Source: a virus (lineage: Duplodnaviria; Caudoviricetes). From it: a stretch of 64,000 nt of DNA. Below the pieces are notes generated by a model. It made no database searches, had not been told where the DNA came from, and saw only the letters and a list, made by a program, of their open reading frames with translations. Where the stretch lies: positions 813 through 64,812 of IMG/VR virus record IMGVR_UViG_3300046167_000476; one strand, given 5' to 3'. The stretch's first letter is position 1. Every line of letters begins with the position of its first letter. Shown here piece by piece: positions 19,348-31,437 of the stretch. A program made the translations under genes and the position numbers.

Positions 19348-22300
19348 TATTTTTCTAGTTTTTCTAATCTTGCTTCTAACTCAGCAATTTTAGCAATTAG
19401 TAAATCTATATAAGCTACAGACTTAAATCCTTGACTGTCTTCTCTTACAAACTCAGGGTTAGTCTTTTCTAACTCTTGAGCTATAACACCATATCTTTTC
19501 TGCCCTTTTTCTGTTTTTAATTCAAAAGTTTTCCAATCTGCTTTAACTCTATTATCACATACTTTTTCAACATTTTCTTTTAGTCTTTCATCAGAAGATA
19601 GTATGAAGTTTGTAGCGGTTACAGTGGAAGTAAAAGTAGTGGCTCCGTTATTTGCAATACGCATTTTTTCAGAAACAGTGTATGGAGCACTAGGTAGAGA
19701 CGTGCTAAAAATAAAGTCGTTACTTGTATCTGCAGTTATTTTGTTACCATAACCTGCTGCTGCACTACCTGCAAAAATAATACCATCAGTTCTATTTACA
19801 CCTAATGTACCATTTACTTCAAGTTTATAATCAGGACTCGTCGTCCCAATCCCGACGTTTTTACTTGTGTCTATAGTAACTGCAGTTGCATTGTTTTGAA
19901 CAAGTACAACTTGAGTATTTGAGTCAGAACCTATTCTTGTAGTATTACCTTCTTGCTGGAATATACCAGCACCAGCATTTGTATCGTTTATATATATATA
20001 AGGGTTTGATGCATTTGCAACTGTTACATTGGTTCCATTTACAGCAACGGTACCTGCAAAAGTTGCATTACCAGTTGTGTGGTCAAGTGTAACAGCATCT
20101 ATAACGCTTTCGTGAGTAATATAAAACTTACCATTTGATGCGGAACTAAATCCTCCCTGCAACTTCTAACTTTTGGCTAGGACTAGTAGTTCCAATCCCT
20201 ACTTTACCGTCGGAAAGTATAGCTACTCTAGAAACACTGTTAGTCGTAAGATCAAAAGACTTCGCGTCAGAAGTTCCTATATTAAAATCCCCTCCTGTTG
20301 AAATTATATTATTAAGACCACTACCCGTTGATGGCGCTACGAAATTAGTTGTTATATTCTGTGACCCACTTACTGCTTTTATAACGTTACCATAGCTTCC
20401 AACAACCTCTAACTTAACACCAGGACTAGTTCCGATCCCGACGTTGCCTGGATTTGTAAAATAAGCGTGTGTGTTGTTTCCGTTTAAAGTTAAATATGAA
20501 GCCAAACCGCCAGATCCATCATCACAAGTAAATACAATATGTCCATCATCTTGTCTATTTCTAATTGTTAAACTACCTGTATAGTTATCAATAAATGAAT
20601 CAGTACCATTGTGAAATATTTGAAGATCTTGTGAAGCACCAAATCTAGCATAAACCTGATCACCGTAATTAGTATGATCATTAAATTGGGTTACCCCAGT
20701 CATTGTCCCACCAGCTAGCGGTAACCAAGGACCTATAGAACTACCAGCTGTACTTTTTACTACATTACCACTCGCGTCTGTACCTAGTATATGTGTTGGG
20801 CTACCTGTGTTATTTGTGCCGTCGTAAGCATTGAATTTAATTACTCCAGAACTATCAATACGCATTTTTTCCGTCAGATTTGTATAAAGCGCAAGAGCAT
20901 CATTACTTACTGAACCAATTACAACTGCACCTATATTAGTGTCAAGTAATCCCGTTCTTGTGCCATCACTCCATTGTAATTTATAAGAGGGTGTGCAGTT
21001 TATTCCAACGTTACCTTCGTGAGTAATACGCATTTTTTCAACTAAAGAGCCTGCTGAAGTCCCGTTGCCAAAATCAAAGGTAATATCACCTGAAGTATTA
21101 CCTGAAACAGAATCTAACACTCCAAATATTCCGCCTATAGAATATTGATTATATCCTCCAAATTGCATTCCGTATTTTTCACCAACAGTACCGCCTGTGT
21201 TATTTAAAAACAGTCCAGTATGTGTATCCTGTGACGCTGTTTGTAATTCTTACAGGTTGATTAGTATTAAGAGCATCGCCTTTAATTGTTAACTTAACCT
21301 CAGGGCTAGTCGTTCCTATTCCTACGTTACCACCGTTTGGGTTAAGTAAAAAAGGATACTCAGCACCTAAATCTGTTCTATCTGTTGATTGTAGCCAAGA
21401 CCTGCCAGATGAACTAATACCAAAATCTATAACAGCTGAAGCGCCTGTTGAACTGGCTATCCTAAATCTTGTACCAGTGCTTGGAGTTGTACCAGAAGTT
21501 GCTGGATTTGAGGTTGTTCCAGCTCCACGTATATCGAGAAGAGTTACAGGGTTAGTAGTCCCAATACCTACGTTACCAGCAGAGGTAATACGCATTCTTT
21601 CTGTATTGGATGTTAAAGATATTATATCCGCTGTGTTGACCTTAAGTTTTATATCTTTATTTTGACCATTATCACCTAAATAAACAGCACTATCAAACCA
21701 TCCAACTTTAGCTCTATCATTAAACTGTATGGAAGCAGTGTCACCAATAGCATTATTATTAGTATCTATGTAAACAACCACATCATCCGTGGAACCTTTC
21801 ACGTGTAGTGGTCCACTAGGGCTTGGAGTTCCGATCCCTACGTTGCCGTTATCTTTTAACGTCATAACTGTAGTAGCAGCGCTATTAGTTCTAAACCTTA
21901 AAGTTTGGTCATTATAAAAAGGTGTAATAGACCAATCGTTATCTGTGGATGGATTAGTGTTTATAAGAGTAATTTCTGATGTAGCGTTATTTGTACCAGA
22001 CACTGTAAGCCTACTGCCAGGACTAGTCGTACCAATCCCGACGTTACCCGCGGAGGTAATGCGCATTCTTTCATCTGCATTTCCAGTAGAAAAAGAAATA
22101 CTGCTATTGGTTTTAGCTGTTGCCATTTCCAATACCCTAGAACTATATTTCCATCTTAAGTAAGCTGCAAAATTATCGCTTGGCGATGTCCAAACTAAAC
22201 CTGCGTTAGCCGAATCTGGATTTAAAAATCTTAAATAGTTAGTTGTATCACTTTCTATTATAGCAGATGTTCCAGTGTCCACAGAGCTTACTCCTGAGTC

Positions 22301-22801
22301 ACCTGATTTTGCATGTAACTTTGCTAAAGGACTAGTCGTCCCGATCCCAACGTTACCGCCCAATGGATTAATAGCCAAAGTGCCAAGACTACTTGCATAC
22401 TGTTGATCGGGGTGCCCGGATTGAATCCAAGATTTTCTGTCATTAGCTGTTCCAGATACTCCAAAACCTAATCCATTACTATTAGAAGCTCCTTCTAACA
22501 TTATAGCTGAACTTGTGTTCCACGCAGTGCTATTATTACTTGTTGTTATACTACTTATACCGTTAGGAGCAAAATTTATACTTAAAGGGTTAGCTGGCGA
22601 TGTTGTCTTGATCCCGACGTTACCTGAATTGCTATTATATATATTGTTACCACTAGTAACCCAGAGACCTGTTCCAGGCACTGTATTAGCGTCAACCCAG
22701 TCTATACCTGTTGAAGTTGTTGATAATATTTGACCTTCGGTTCCTCTATTATTATTACTGTCTAATAGGTATTTAGTTGAATATGTTTTTCCTGTACTCA
22801 T
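19347..22801 (-). CDS. Tail fibre 2 with GNVGIGT repeats and a C-terminal S74 intramolecular chaperone; frameshifts near 21200 and 20155
   Basis: Three consecutive ORFs (533, 340, 271 aa) share one repeat; C-terminus SSDERLKEN...GVIAQELE...coiled coil. Confidence 0.85.
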
Positions 22802-25800
22802 TTAATATGTATTTCTTACTATGTTAACCCATTCGTATGTTGAACTACCTGTTTGCATACACATATCTGCGTAGCTTGCGTCTTCTGCTGTCTACTTCTA
22901 TTACCGATGCATTGTCCACTGAAAACTCACAATCACCTACTCCATATAAATAAAAGGTACCGCCTGTTATAGTAGATGTTACTGTATAATTATACTCGCC
23001 ATTTGCGCCGATTGAAGCAATAACTTGAGACGCTCCAAATTGAACTTGCAAAGATCCAGAAGTATAATTACTAACATCAATACGCACATTATATATTTTT
23101 CCAGTTGTTACGCCAAATGAAGGTTGAGATAGCGCTGTACTTGAGGCGTTATCTACAGATGCTTTCCCATTAGCTATAGTCCAACCAGTTCCTTTTACCC
23201 AATTAGTATCAGTATCAAAACCGGGATTTGGTAATATTTCCGTACCCGTAACTTCTACATACTCTGTACCAGTTCTGTATCGCATTGTACCTACTTTAGC
23301 AGCTGAAGCTGTAGCTGTATCATTAGCCATTTGTATACCACCAGCAACTTGTAGTTTTGATTGAGGACTAGTCGTACCAATTCCTAATCTGCCATTAGCT
23401 CCTGATAGAGTTATTAAATTACCACTATCTAAATCAGAGCTAGTGCCAATCATAAAATTACTACCATTAGCACCTAAAGCAAAATCTGTTGCTGAAGAAT
23501 TAAATGCTAAAAATATTTCACTAGCACTATTGTCGCCTATTGTTACATTCCCTGCAAAAGTTGCGTTACCAGTATCTAAAAATGATACTGTTGGACTTGT
23601 GTCAGCACTATTGAAAAAATTAAGGTCACCATCAACATCTACTCCAATATCCCAACTTTCGTTTGCTGAATCATTTTCTAAAATTCTTATAGCTCTATGC
23701 GCGGTATCTGAATTTATTGATAAAGGTCTGCCAGGATCAGTCGTACCTATACCTACGTTACCGTCTTTATTAATACGCATTTGGCTGCTGCCGTCTTTTC
23801 TAATATCAAAATAGTTTGCACCAGATCCAGCGAATGATCTATCTATTATAAAACCGTGTCCTCCATCGCTATCACTGTCTTGGTAAGCAGTTAGCTTTAT
23901 GTTGCTATCATTAACAAAAGTTTCAAGTCTCTCGCTAGCATTTCTACCTACTTGCATAGATTGACTACTTGTATTTGAGTAAAAAGTAGCATCTTGACCT
24001 ATAACGTGTATTTTTGATGTAGGACTAGTCGTTCCGATACCCACGTTACCGCCATTGAAATACGAATTACCTGCTGAAGCAAACCTTATAGTTTCTGTTG
24101 CTGCATCATTGTGCATAGACATTCTTGAAGCATTACCACTTGCTCCTACATAAAATTCAAACCTTTGCTCATTGTTGTCTGCTCTAAATCTTACAAATTT
24201 ATTTGTAGTTGTTGTTAATACTTCTAACCTAGCATCAGGACTAGTAGTTCCGATACCGACGCTGCCGTCTGAGTCTATAGTCATTTTACTATCTGATAAA
24301 GTAGCATCACTATCTCCAAGAGTGTTATTGTTCAAGAAATGCATTTTACCAATACCCCAACTAGTTTCTCTTTCAAGAACTAAACCTGCTTTTACAGCGG
24401 CGTTTGTTGCGATATATCCAGATAACCCAATACCTGTAAATTCTCCTACAGCATTTCCAGCACCTGCTACTATAGCAAATTCATCTCCACTCGAGTAACT
24501 TGCTAGCTTGTAACTAGGACTAGTAGTCCCGATCCCGACGTTACCTGTGTTTCCTTTTATATATAATCTATCTGTATTATTTGTTTGAAATTTTAAAGCC
24601 CTTCCAGCACTATCACTACCTATAGTAGTTGCTGTATCATCCATGTGAAAAGAAGTCGTATACCCACTTGTGCTGTTAGCTGAAAAATCAAAATGAGCTG
24701 AAGGAAAATCTATACCTACCGCTGTGGTATCATTGGGTGCATTTACAGTTAGCTTATGCGTAGGATTAGTCGTCCCAATACCTACGTTACCACCGTGTAA
24801 AACAGTAATAGCTTCTCCTCCTACTGTACTTGTTCCGTTATCATTAAGAGGTTTTATTTGATATTTTCCATCTAACACCTGAGTAGAAAAAACTCTTTCA
24901 TTTGCAGTTGCTGTATTGTCAGATAAAATAACTGCTGCAAAATCATTTCCTTCAATTATCATTTGTCCTCTATCGGTACCACCGTCTATGTGTAGCCTTG
25001 TAGTACCGTAAGATGCATTATGTAAAGTTCCAGGCAAAGTCGTTCCTATTCCTACGTTTCCGGTTGAGGTAATACGCATTCTTTCTGAATTCGAACCTTG
25101 TGTAATAGTGTTATTACAGCCTGTTGCAAAACTCATAAACGAACAAGCCCCATTTAAGGTTTCACTACCAAATCTTATCTCCGAGTCAATATATCCATTA
25201 GTTGCCGTATATTGTGCACCAATACTTGCATAACCTTCAGCTAAAGTATTATCATGAAATATAGTGATTGCTCTTTGAGTTGTTTGAGAACCTGCAGCTT
25301 TAACTGTAAGTCGTGAACTTGGACTCGTAGTCCCGATACCAACATTGCCGTCAGCATCAAAACGCATTGTCTCATACCATCCACCATTATAGCGACCAAT
25401 ACCAAGTTCAGCATTAGCAACACGAGTAAATACAATGTCTCTTGAATTTGGATTATTCCCTAAGTAATAAGAAGTGCCACTACCAATTGAACTAGTATCA
25501 CCGTAAGCTAATACACCACCTGCAATTACTAGTTTTTCACCTGGAGCTGTAGTACCGATACCTACGTTACCTCCGTCGTCTATAATAAGTTTAATATCTG
25601 AACCTGGATTACCTTTACCTATTTGAAAACTTGACTGAGAGCCACCGCCATTTCTTATATAATATTGCTCGGTATTATTCGTATTGTCAAATAATATTGC
25701 TCCGTTACTTGGCAAATCAATATTACCTGTTTTAATACCTGTGTTTGTAGTTTCAAACTTTTTATTACCGCTATAATATAGATCAACTGAGCCTCCGTCT

Positions 25801-27481
25801 GTAAACGAGGCCTGAAGATGACTCATGTCTGCGTCATAGATTTTTGTAAGTGATGCTACAATCCTTAAATCACCTGTTCCTGCGTCTTTTATATAACTAT
25901 CATTTCCGGTGTGGTATATTTGAAGGTCTGCAGAATCTCCAAAATACGCTCCTACATCATCAAAATGTCGTGTTGATTTTAAAAATCTAGTTTCAACTGC
26001 ACCACCATCAACTCTAAAATATGTAGCTGTACCTCCAGAACCATCGTCAGATTTAAAGATTATATCTTTATCGTCAGCGTAATTTACAATTTGTAAGTCT
26101 CCTGTGTAATTTTCAATATAAGTATCAGTTGCGTTGTGTCTTATAGCTAAGTCGTCATTGTTTCCCCAATATGAAAACACATTATCATTGTGTTTTGTAT
26201 TCCCAGTCATTGTACCACCAGCTAGTGGCAAGTAAGGGCCGCCAGCGCCGCCGCCACTTGATACTGTAATATTACCAGAAGCATCTGATACTAGAGTACC
26301 TGCAGTATATGTATTTAATTTAAGTGCTCCAGTTGAACTAAGAGTCATAGCAACTGTGCCAAGCGTACCGTTACCGCCTGTTTCTATAATCATACCTCTA
26401 CTCTCCGTTCCATAGATAGAACCTAAAAGGCTTTGACTAACATTTTTAAAAGTTACAGCTGGTCTTGAAGCACCTGCTCCTTTTAATGTTAATCCTGTAT
26501 AATTAGAAAGATTACCGATTTCAAGTTTATCACTTGGACTAGTCGTCCCTATACCTACGTTGCCATTACCATTTGGATTTATTAATATGTCTGAGTTAGT
26601 TGCTGAGGAAGTTATACTTAGATCGCTACTTAATTTTGAGATTCTACCATATTCAGTGCCTGCCGATTTTAACACTATGTCACCACCTCCAGCATCTAAT
26701 CTAATATCATCTGGTGCATCTATTGTAAAATCACCATTACCACTTTCTGTAAGAGTAACAGCGTTACTTCCATCACCTGTTATAGATAAAGAACCACCTT
26801 GTAGTTTTATGTCATCAGCCGTACCAATAAGTTTTACAGCGCCAGCATTCCAATCTATTTCTCCATTAGTAGACATTTTAAGATCGTGACCAACTGTAAC
26901 ATTACCTGCAAAAGTTGCGTTTTGTGGTCTAACTATTAAAGCATCTGTCGTACCTCCATTTACATTACCATTACTTACTCTAAATGCCCAAAAACTACCA
27001 ACAGTATCTCCCGCAAAAGAAGTTTTTAAAGCCATTTTTCTTCCTGATTGAGTAACTTCCAAAATATTATCATCTGGAGCAGTATCTACTTTAAATATTC
27101 CATCTGTTGTTACATCACCTGAAAAAGTAGCGTTTTGTGAAGAGTTAATTGTTAAAGCAGTACTACCACCTGTACTTACAATGTAAGTATCTGCGCCACT
27201 AAATCCAAAGTAACTGTTAGCGTTCCTGCAAAAGTTGCACTTACCTGAAGTATTTACATTTAAATAATTAGAACTCCAACTACTACCATTGTAATATCTT
27301 AATTCCATCCATTAGAACCATCAAATAATTGCTGCCATTTGTTACCAGCGTTTATTAAAGTTTAAAACAAATGTATCTTGCGCTTCAATATTCCATGATA
27401 AATATATTCTGGTATAAAAATACCTCCTGTACCTCCAATAGTTAAGTCTCCACCAGTAGATACAGTACCTGCAAAAGTTGC
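19830..27481 (-). repeat. About 20 GNVGIGTTxP junction repeats and 5 exact CCTGCAAAAGTTGC copies across both fibre genes
   Basis: 14-mer at 20053, 23551, 26905, 27225 and 27468; GGACTAGT.GT.CC.AT.CC.ACGTT.CC-like repeats, e.g. at 22020, 22329 and 24517. Confidence 0.9.
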
Positions 27482-27505
27482 GTTATTTAAAAATTTTAAT
27501 GCCAT
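22802..27505 (-). CDS. Tail fibre 1, about 1560 aa, with GNVGIGT repeats and a C-terminal carbohydrate-binding-like domain; several frameshifts
   Basis: ATG at 27505 (MALKFLNNATFAG); 1487-aa core ORF; shifted end YADMCMQTGSSTYEWVNIVRNTY-TAA at 22802; EILPNPGFD...W...SVDNASV jelly-roll-like segment. Confidence 0.8.
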
Positions 27506-27526
27506 GTATTGAAGGTATTAGTTAGT

Positions 27527-29176
27527 TTATACGTACGTTAATAGTACCTTATATGCGTCGTTTGCTACAGAACCTGTAAATATTACAGATATACTAGCTG
27601 ATCCACTTCTTGTTACATCAGCAAATACTGTTTGAAAAGGTGACGAACCTTCTGTTACTTCGACTTTAACGTTTTCAGCTAAAGCACCTGATCCGAATAA
27701 CGATGCGTCCGCTAGATTTATTGTAAACGTGGTAAGACCTCCAGACTCAACTCTTGCCGATGGTGAAGTATTGTTAAGAGCTTGCTTAGCCCCGTAAGGA
27801 TTTGCTTGAGGTTTTAGTTGTACCCAACCACTTGCTGATACTGAAAAGCTTGCTGAATCAAAACCAGCTACACCTTTTTCTGTAGCACCGTCTGTTGATC
27901 CTGCACCTGCTATGTTAGCGTCTGCTAAAACAAAAGTATATTGAGTTGAGGCTGGGGTTGATGATGCTGTAATTGCAGCGTTTGCAAATATAAAATCTCC
28001 AACTTCTACAGAAACTGTAGTATCGCTGAACGTTATATCACCATCGTGTGTTACTATGAAATAATCCCCTTGGTCTAATGCAATGTTAGATGAACCACTG
28101 ATAGCCGGCGAACCTGGATCGCTAGTAGCATTATAACCACCTTTGAAAACACCTACACCTGCGACAAGTAATTCTACTTGCCCTAAGTTAACCGCATCTG
28201 TTGATGCTGTACCAGTAGCAAGATTAGTAATCTTATTACTATTCATGTTAAGCTTACTAGCTAAGCTATTTGTTTCACCTGATTGACTTTGCGTTATAAC
28301 ACCTCCAACAGTTAAGTCATCTACTATAGTAACATCATCTGGCATATCAATAGTGATATTACCATTGTTACCTACTGTCTCAGTTATATTTATTCTACCG
28401 GTTGTACCTTTGAATTCTACGGTAGATTTAATACCTGATCCACTTCCACCAGCTGTTAAATCAATTTTAGCTGAGTTCGCGGCACCTACAGAAACAGGTA
28501 GTGTATATGTTTCGTTAGTGGCAGCTGCAGCGGTGTCTGCGTAAGCAGTTGTAGCTATTTTTGTACTATTGTCACCTGCTGATTGTGTTACTCCTGTAGT
28601 GGCAGTATTTATTGTGCCATTTAAGTCACCTAAAAGTGTTGTTGCGTATACCGATGACCATTTTTTCGTAGCGCTACCTAAAGCAATTGTGTTAGTAGTT
28701 ACTGGATAGAATTTTGTTGAATCCATATTAGCTACCTGAGTATTGCTTGACGTGAACGCTATTTTACTAGCTTCAAAACTAATAGCGTTTACACTAGAAG
28801 CTCCACCGATTTCTAAGCCATCATAGTATATACTTGTTATACCTGTTTGAGCAGGTGTTACAGCAATATCATCAGCATTGACAGTTATACCTGTTCCAGC
28901 TCCTGCGTTTAATGTAGGTATAGGTCCAGATAGATTTGTACCTGTTAGACCGGCTCCAGCTATAATAGCGGTTAAATCCCCTGATACACTTGACCAGACC
29001 GCGTTTGCTCCTCCTGATATACTTGCTGTTGTACATATCTTTAATATGCTGTCCGTCGTATTGTAGTACACTTGACCTAATACTCCAGTAGTTGGATCTG
29101 AGGCTAGGTTGTGAATAGCGGCTTGCTGTAGTTGATTCTTATTAAGATCAACTGTATTTAAATAATTAATTGCCAT
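27527..29176 (-). CDS. Tail/fibre-associated structural protein
   Basis: 549 aa, Ser/Thr/Gly-rich; GDNSTKIATTAY and KITNLA.GT..TDAVN fibre motifs. Confidence 0.7.
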   Translation of the reverse strand: MAINYLNTVDLNKNQLQQAAIHNLASDPTTGVLGQVYYNTTDSILKICTTASISGGANAVWSSVSGDLTAIIAGAGLTGTNLSGPIPTLNAGAGTGITVNADDIAVTPAQTGITSIYYDGLEIGGASSVNAISFEASKIAFTSSNTQVANMDSTKFYPVTTNTIALGSATKKWSSVYATTLLGDLNGTINTATTGVTQSAGDNSTKIATTAYADTAAAATNETYTLPVSVGAANSAKIDLTAGGSGSGIKSTVEFKGTTGRINITETVGNNGNITIDMPDDVTIVDDLTVGGVITQSQSGETNSLASKLNMNSNKITNLATGTASTDAVNLGQVELLVAGVGVFKGGYNATSDPGSPAISGSSNIALDQGDYFIVTHDGDITFSDTTVSVEVGDFIFANAAITASSTPASTQYTFVLADANIAGAGSTDGATEKGVAGFDSASFSVSASGWVQLKPQANPYGAKQALNNTSPSARVESGGLTTFTINLADASLFGSGALAENVKVEVTEGSSPFQTVFADVTRSGSASISVIFTGSVANDAYKVLLTYV

Positions 29177-29181
29177 GCTTG

Positions 29182-29682
29182 TTAGTTTAGGTATGCTTTA
29201 CCGGCAAATCCTGCCGAGAACGTTAATGTTACTTTATTTATATCTGTGTATGTATATTCTCCTATAACTACGGTATCCGCAGTATCTATTACTGTAATAG
29301 AGGGAAATTTTCCTAAGTTATGTTGTATAACCCATGTTGTGGAAGGTGTACCCTGGACGAACACGAAGTTTTTATCCGCTTCAGCCCAGTGATTATCTCC
29401 TCTTAGGAATTTAGTATTATCAGGCGTACCAGTAGCTGACAATGATGCTGTGACTACTACGTCACCCGTGGCAGGTGATGCAGGTGTCATGTTTATAAAT
29501 GTAGTATTGGACGTGTCAACGCTCTCGACGCTACCAACACCAATAACTGTACCTATATAAATGGCTAAATCATCCACTGTTACACTCCTAGTAGGTCTCT
29601 TATGTAGATCAGTGTCACTTATAAGCAACAAGTCCTCACCTTCTACCTCATTTATTTCAGGATATGTATATATTATCGCCAT
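29182..29682 (-). CDS. Tail-associated structural protein
   Basis: C-terminal WVIQHNLGKFPSITVID...FAGKAYLN module. Confidence 0.6.
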   Translation of the reverse strand: MAIIYTYPEINEVEGEDLLLISDTDLHKRPTRSVTVDDLAIYIGTVIGVGSVESVDTSNTTFINMTPASPATGDVVVTASLSATGTPDNTKFLRGDNHWAEADKNFVFVQGTPSTTWVIQHNLGKFPSITVIDTADTVVIGEYTYTDINKVTLTFSAGFAGKAYLN

Positions 29683-29691
29683 GTTTGTATT

Positions 29692-30015
29692 TTATTTCTT
29701 TTTTCTGTCGTTTTTAGTACCATCTCCGCTGTCTCCTCTGTTGCTACCAACTGGTACTCTCTTTGTTTTACCTAATTTACCACCAACGTGGTGCAAATCT
29801 GTACTACTATTTTGCCCTATTCTTTGATTCTCTGCTTTTTTCTCTTTTCTTTGCAAAGAACTTGTCGATGTTCCTTTACCAGATTTAGAACAAGTACCAG
29901 TATCACTGTTCCATACCCAGCCTTTAGCGTAGCATACGTCTCTAGCAGCTTTTCTAGCTCGCCCAGTAGGCGATAACTTTTGCTTAGGTCCTCCTTCTTT
30001 TCTTGGTTTAGCCAT
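29692..30015 (-). CDS. Small basic protein with a degenerate HNH-like C-terminus; first late gene
   Basis: DLHH...SNRG motif; directly behind the late promoter motif at 30036-30064. Confidence 0.45.
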   Translation of the reverse strand: MAKPRKEGGPKQKLSPTGRARKAARDVCYAKGWVWNSDTGTCSKSGKGTSTSSLQRKEKKAENQRIGQNSSTDLHHVGGKLGKTKRVPVGSNRGDSGDGTKNDRKKK

Positions 30016-30035
30016 ATTTGCTTTATTATAGTATA

Positions 30036-30064
30036 TATACTCACATAAAACCGCTATTATTTAC
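30036..30064 (-). promoter_or_regulatory. Late promoter motif copy (GTAAA-N15-GTGAGTATA)
   Basis: Head of the leftward structural arm. Confidence 0.7.
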
Positions 30065-30069
30065 AATAG

Positions 30070-30115
30070 TGTGACAATAGCCCCTTACTATATACTCTAT
30101 AAGGCTAATGTCATA
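30070..30115. promoter_or_regulatory. Operator-like palindrome O1
   Basis: TGTGACAATAGCC-N20-GGCTAATGTCATA. Confidence 0.75.
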
Positions 30116-30298
30116 GTTTTCGTTAGATATTTAGGAGTAGGGGACTGCACCTTATTTTTCACTTTACAAAACATTTTCGCAAATCATTTTCATTTCACCG
30201 GGTCCCCCTTGTTTTTACGTTTACGTTTGTATATATACGCATCGTTTATATGTTTTCATTATATCTTTTGTGTTTCTTCTATATATTTCAAACTAATT

Positions 30299-30340
30299 TT
30301 ACAAACAAAATAGTTTACATGTTGGATAATATAAATGTAA
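30299..30340 (+). promoter_or_regulatory. Early promoter motif E1
   Basis: TTACAAACAAAA-N12-TGGATAATA-TAAATGTAA. Confidence 0.8.
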
Positions 30341-30376
30341 TTAATAACTAATAATAATAACTTAAATAAATAAATT

Positions 30377-30607
30377 ATGTCAATCTTAAAATCAAAAAGA
30401 TTTGTTGTTCGCAAATCACTAATCGGAAAAAATCAAATCATTGAAGTAACATTCAAAAATGGAAAAGTTGCAAAGTATAATCATGATGATGTATACAATG
30501 TTATGAAAACAAAACTTGAAACTATGAACTGTTGGGCTAAGTATAAATCATACACTTCATCTACTTCAATGCCAGTTATTGCTCGTGAACTACTAATCAC
30601 TGAGTAG
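30377..30607 (+). CDS. Early hypothetical protein
   Basis: 76 aa; first ORF after E1. Confidence 0.7.
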   Translation: MSILKSKRFVVRKSLIGKNQIIEVTFKNGKVAKYNHDDVYNVMKTKLETMNCWAKYKSYTSSTSMPVIARELLITE

Positions 30608-30617
30608 TATATAAAAC

Positions 30618-30664
30618 TGTGACAATAGCCTGTTACTATCTTAATCTAATAGGCTAATGTCACA
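30618..30664. promoter_or_regulatory. Operator-like palindrome O2
   Basis: TGTGACAATAGCC-N21-GGCTAATGTCACA. Confidence 0.75.
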
Positions 30665-30848
30665 CTTTTTGTAACACTACATTTAGTGTGTTCCATTGCA
30701 GGCCTGATTCTGAAACAAGATCGGAAGAGTATACTCCACTTTACACCATATTTAACTATAAGTAAAACTTATTGAAATGTGTTATACTATAAGAGATAGT
30801 GCATAAGATCTCTCTAACTATTTTAACTAACAAATAATTATACACCTT

Positions 30849-30890
30849 TTACAAACAAAACAATATTCTATCTGGATAATATATATGTAA
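30849..30890 (+). promoter_or_regulatory. Early promoter motif E2
   Basis: TTACAAACAAAA-N12-TGGATAATA-TATATGTAA. Confidence 0.8.
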
Positions 30891-30907
30891 ACAAACTAAT
30901 AAATAAT

Positions 30908-31045
30908 ATGAAATTTATACTAACTTGTAATAATGGTAAAAAAATAGATATGTCAACAGATATACTATTACAAATGGAAGGTAAGATATCTCGATGTGAA
31001 GTACTTACAAGAATTAACTTTTATAAATCAACTAACAATGACTAA
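30908..31045 (+). CDS. Small early protein (45 aa)
   Basis: MKFILTCNNGKK...; ATG directly after E2; below the ORF-track cutoff. Confidence 0.55.
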   Translation: MKFILTCNNGKKIDMSTDILLQMEGKISRCEVLTRINFYKSTNND

Positions 31046-31310
31046 AACTTATAGAAATATAGAATATACTTATATAGTAAGTGAGACTTGGAATGGTATA
31101 AAGTTTGATAACTATCACTGTAATGACAAAAACTTACTAGATGGTTTAGATACAAGTATGTTTACTAAACTAAGTGAGCAAGATATGAAAGATGAAATAG
31201 ATCACTTGATCGATCAAAGACAAGATCTATTACAAATACAAGATCTAGTGCATGAAGCGCGAAGAGATTGGTATTCTAATACATACTCAGGTGAGTATAC
31301 AGGCGACTAA
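31038..31310 (+). CDS. Early hypothetical protein
   Basis: ATG at 31038 (MTKTYRN) overlapping the previous stop. Confidence 0.6.
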   Translation: MTKTYRNIEYTYIVSETWNGIKFDNYHCNDKNLLDGLDTSMFTKLSEQDMKDEIDHLIDQRQDLLQIQDLVHEARRDWYSNTYSGEYTGD

Positions 31311-31336
31311 AATTAATAACTAATAAATAATAAACA

Positions 31337-31435
31337 ATGAGAAAATTTTCACACAAAGTACTATTTGTACTAAAACGAGCAAACAAAGTATTAACTAAAC
31401 TAGGTAGTGCTGCTGCTTGGGCGATAAGAAACTAA
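31337..31435 (+). CDS. Small basic amphipathic peptide (32 aa)
   Basis: MRKFSHKVLFVLKRANKVLTKLGSAAAWAIRN with an A-rich leader. Confidence 0.45.
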   Translation: MRKFSHKVLFVLKRANKVLTKLGSAAAWAIRN

Positions 31436-31437
31436 CC

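Noticed and set aside
19347-27505. Diversity-generating retroelement acting on the fibres
   Set aside because: No reverse transcriptase and no template/variable repeat pair differing only at adenines was seen.
30070-30664. TGTGA...TCACA read as CRP boxes
   Set aside because: The half-sites are about 36 bp apart rather than 6 bp, and conservation extends over 13-bp arms.
30700-30730. GGCCTGATTCTG read as a tmRNA or tRNA 5' end
   Set aside because: No following GATTCGAC, T-arm or CCA end; no tRNA cloverleaf was recognised anywhere in the window.
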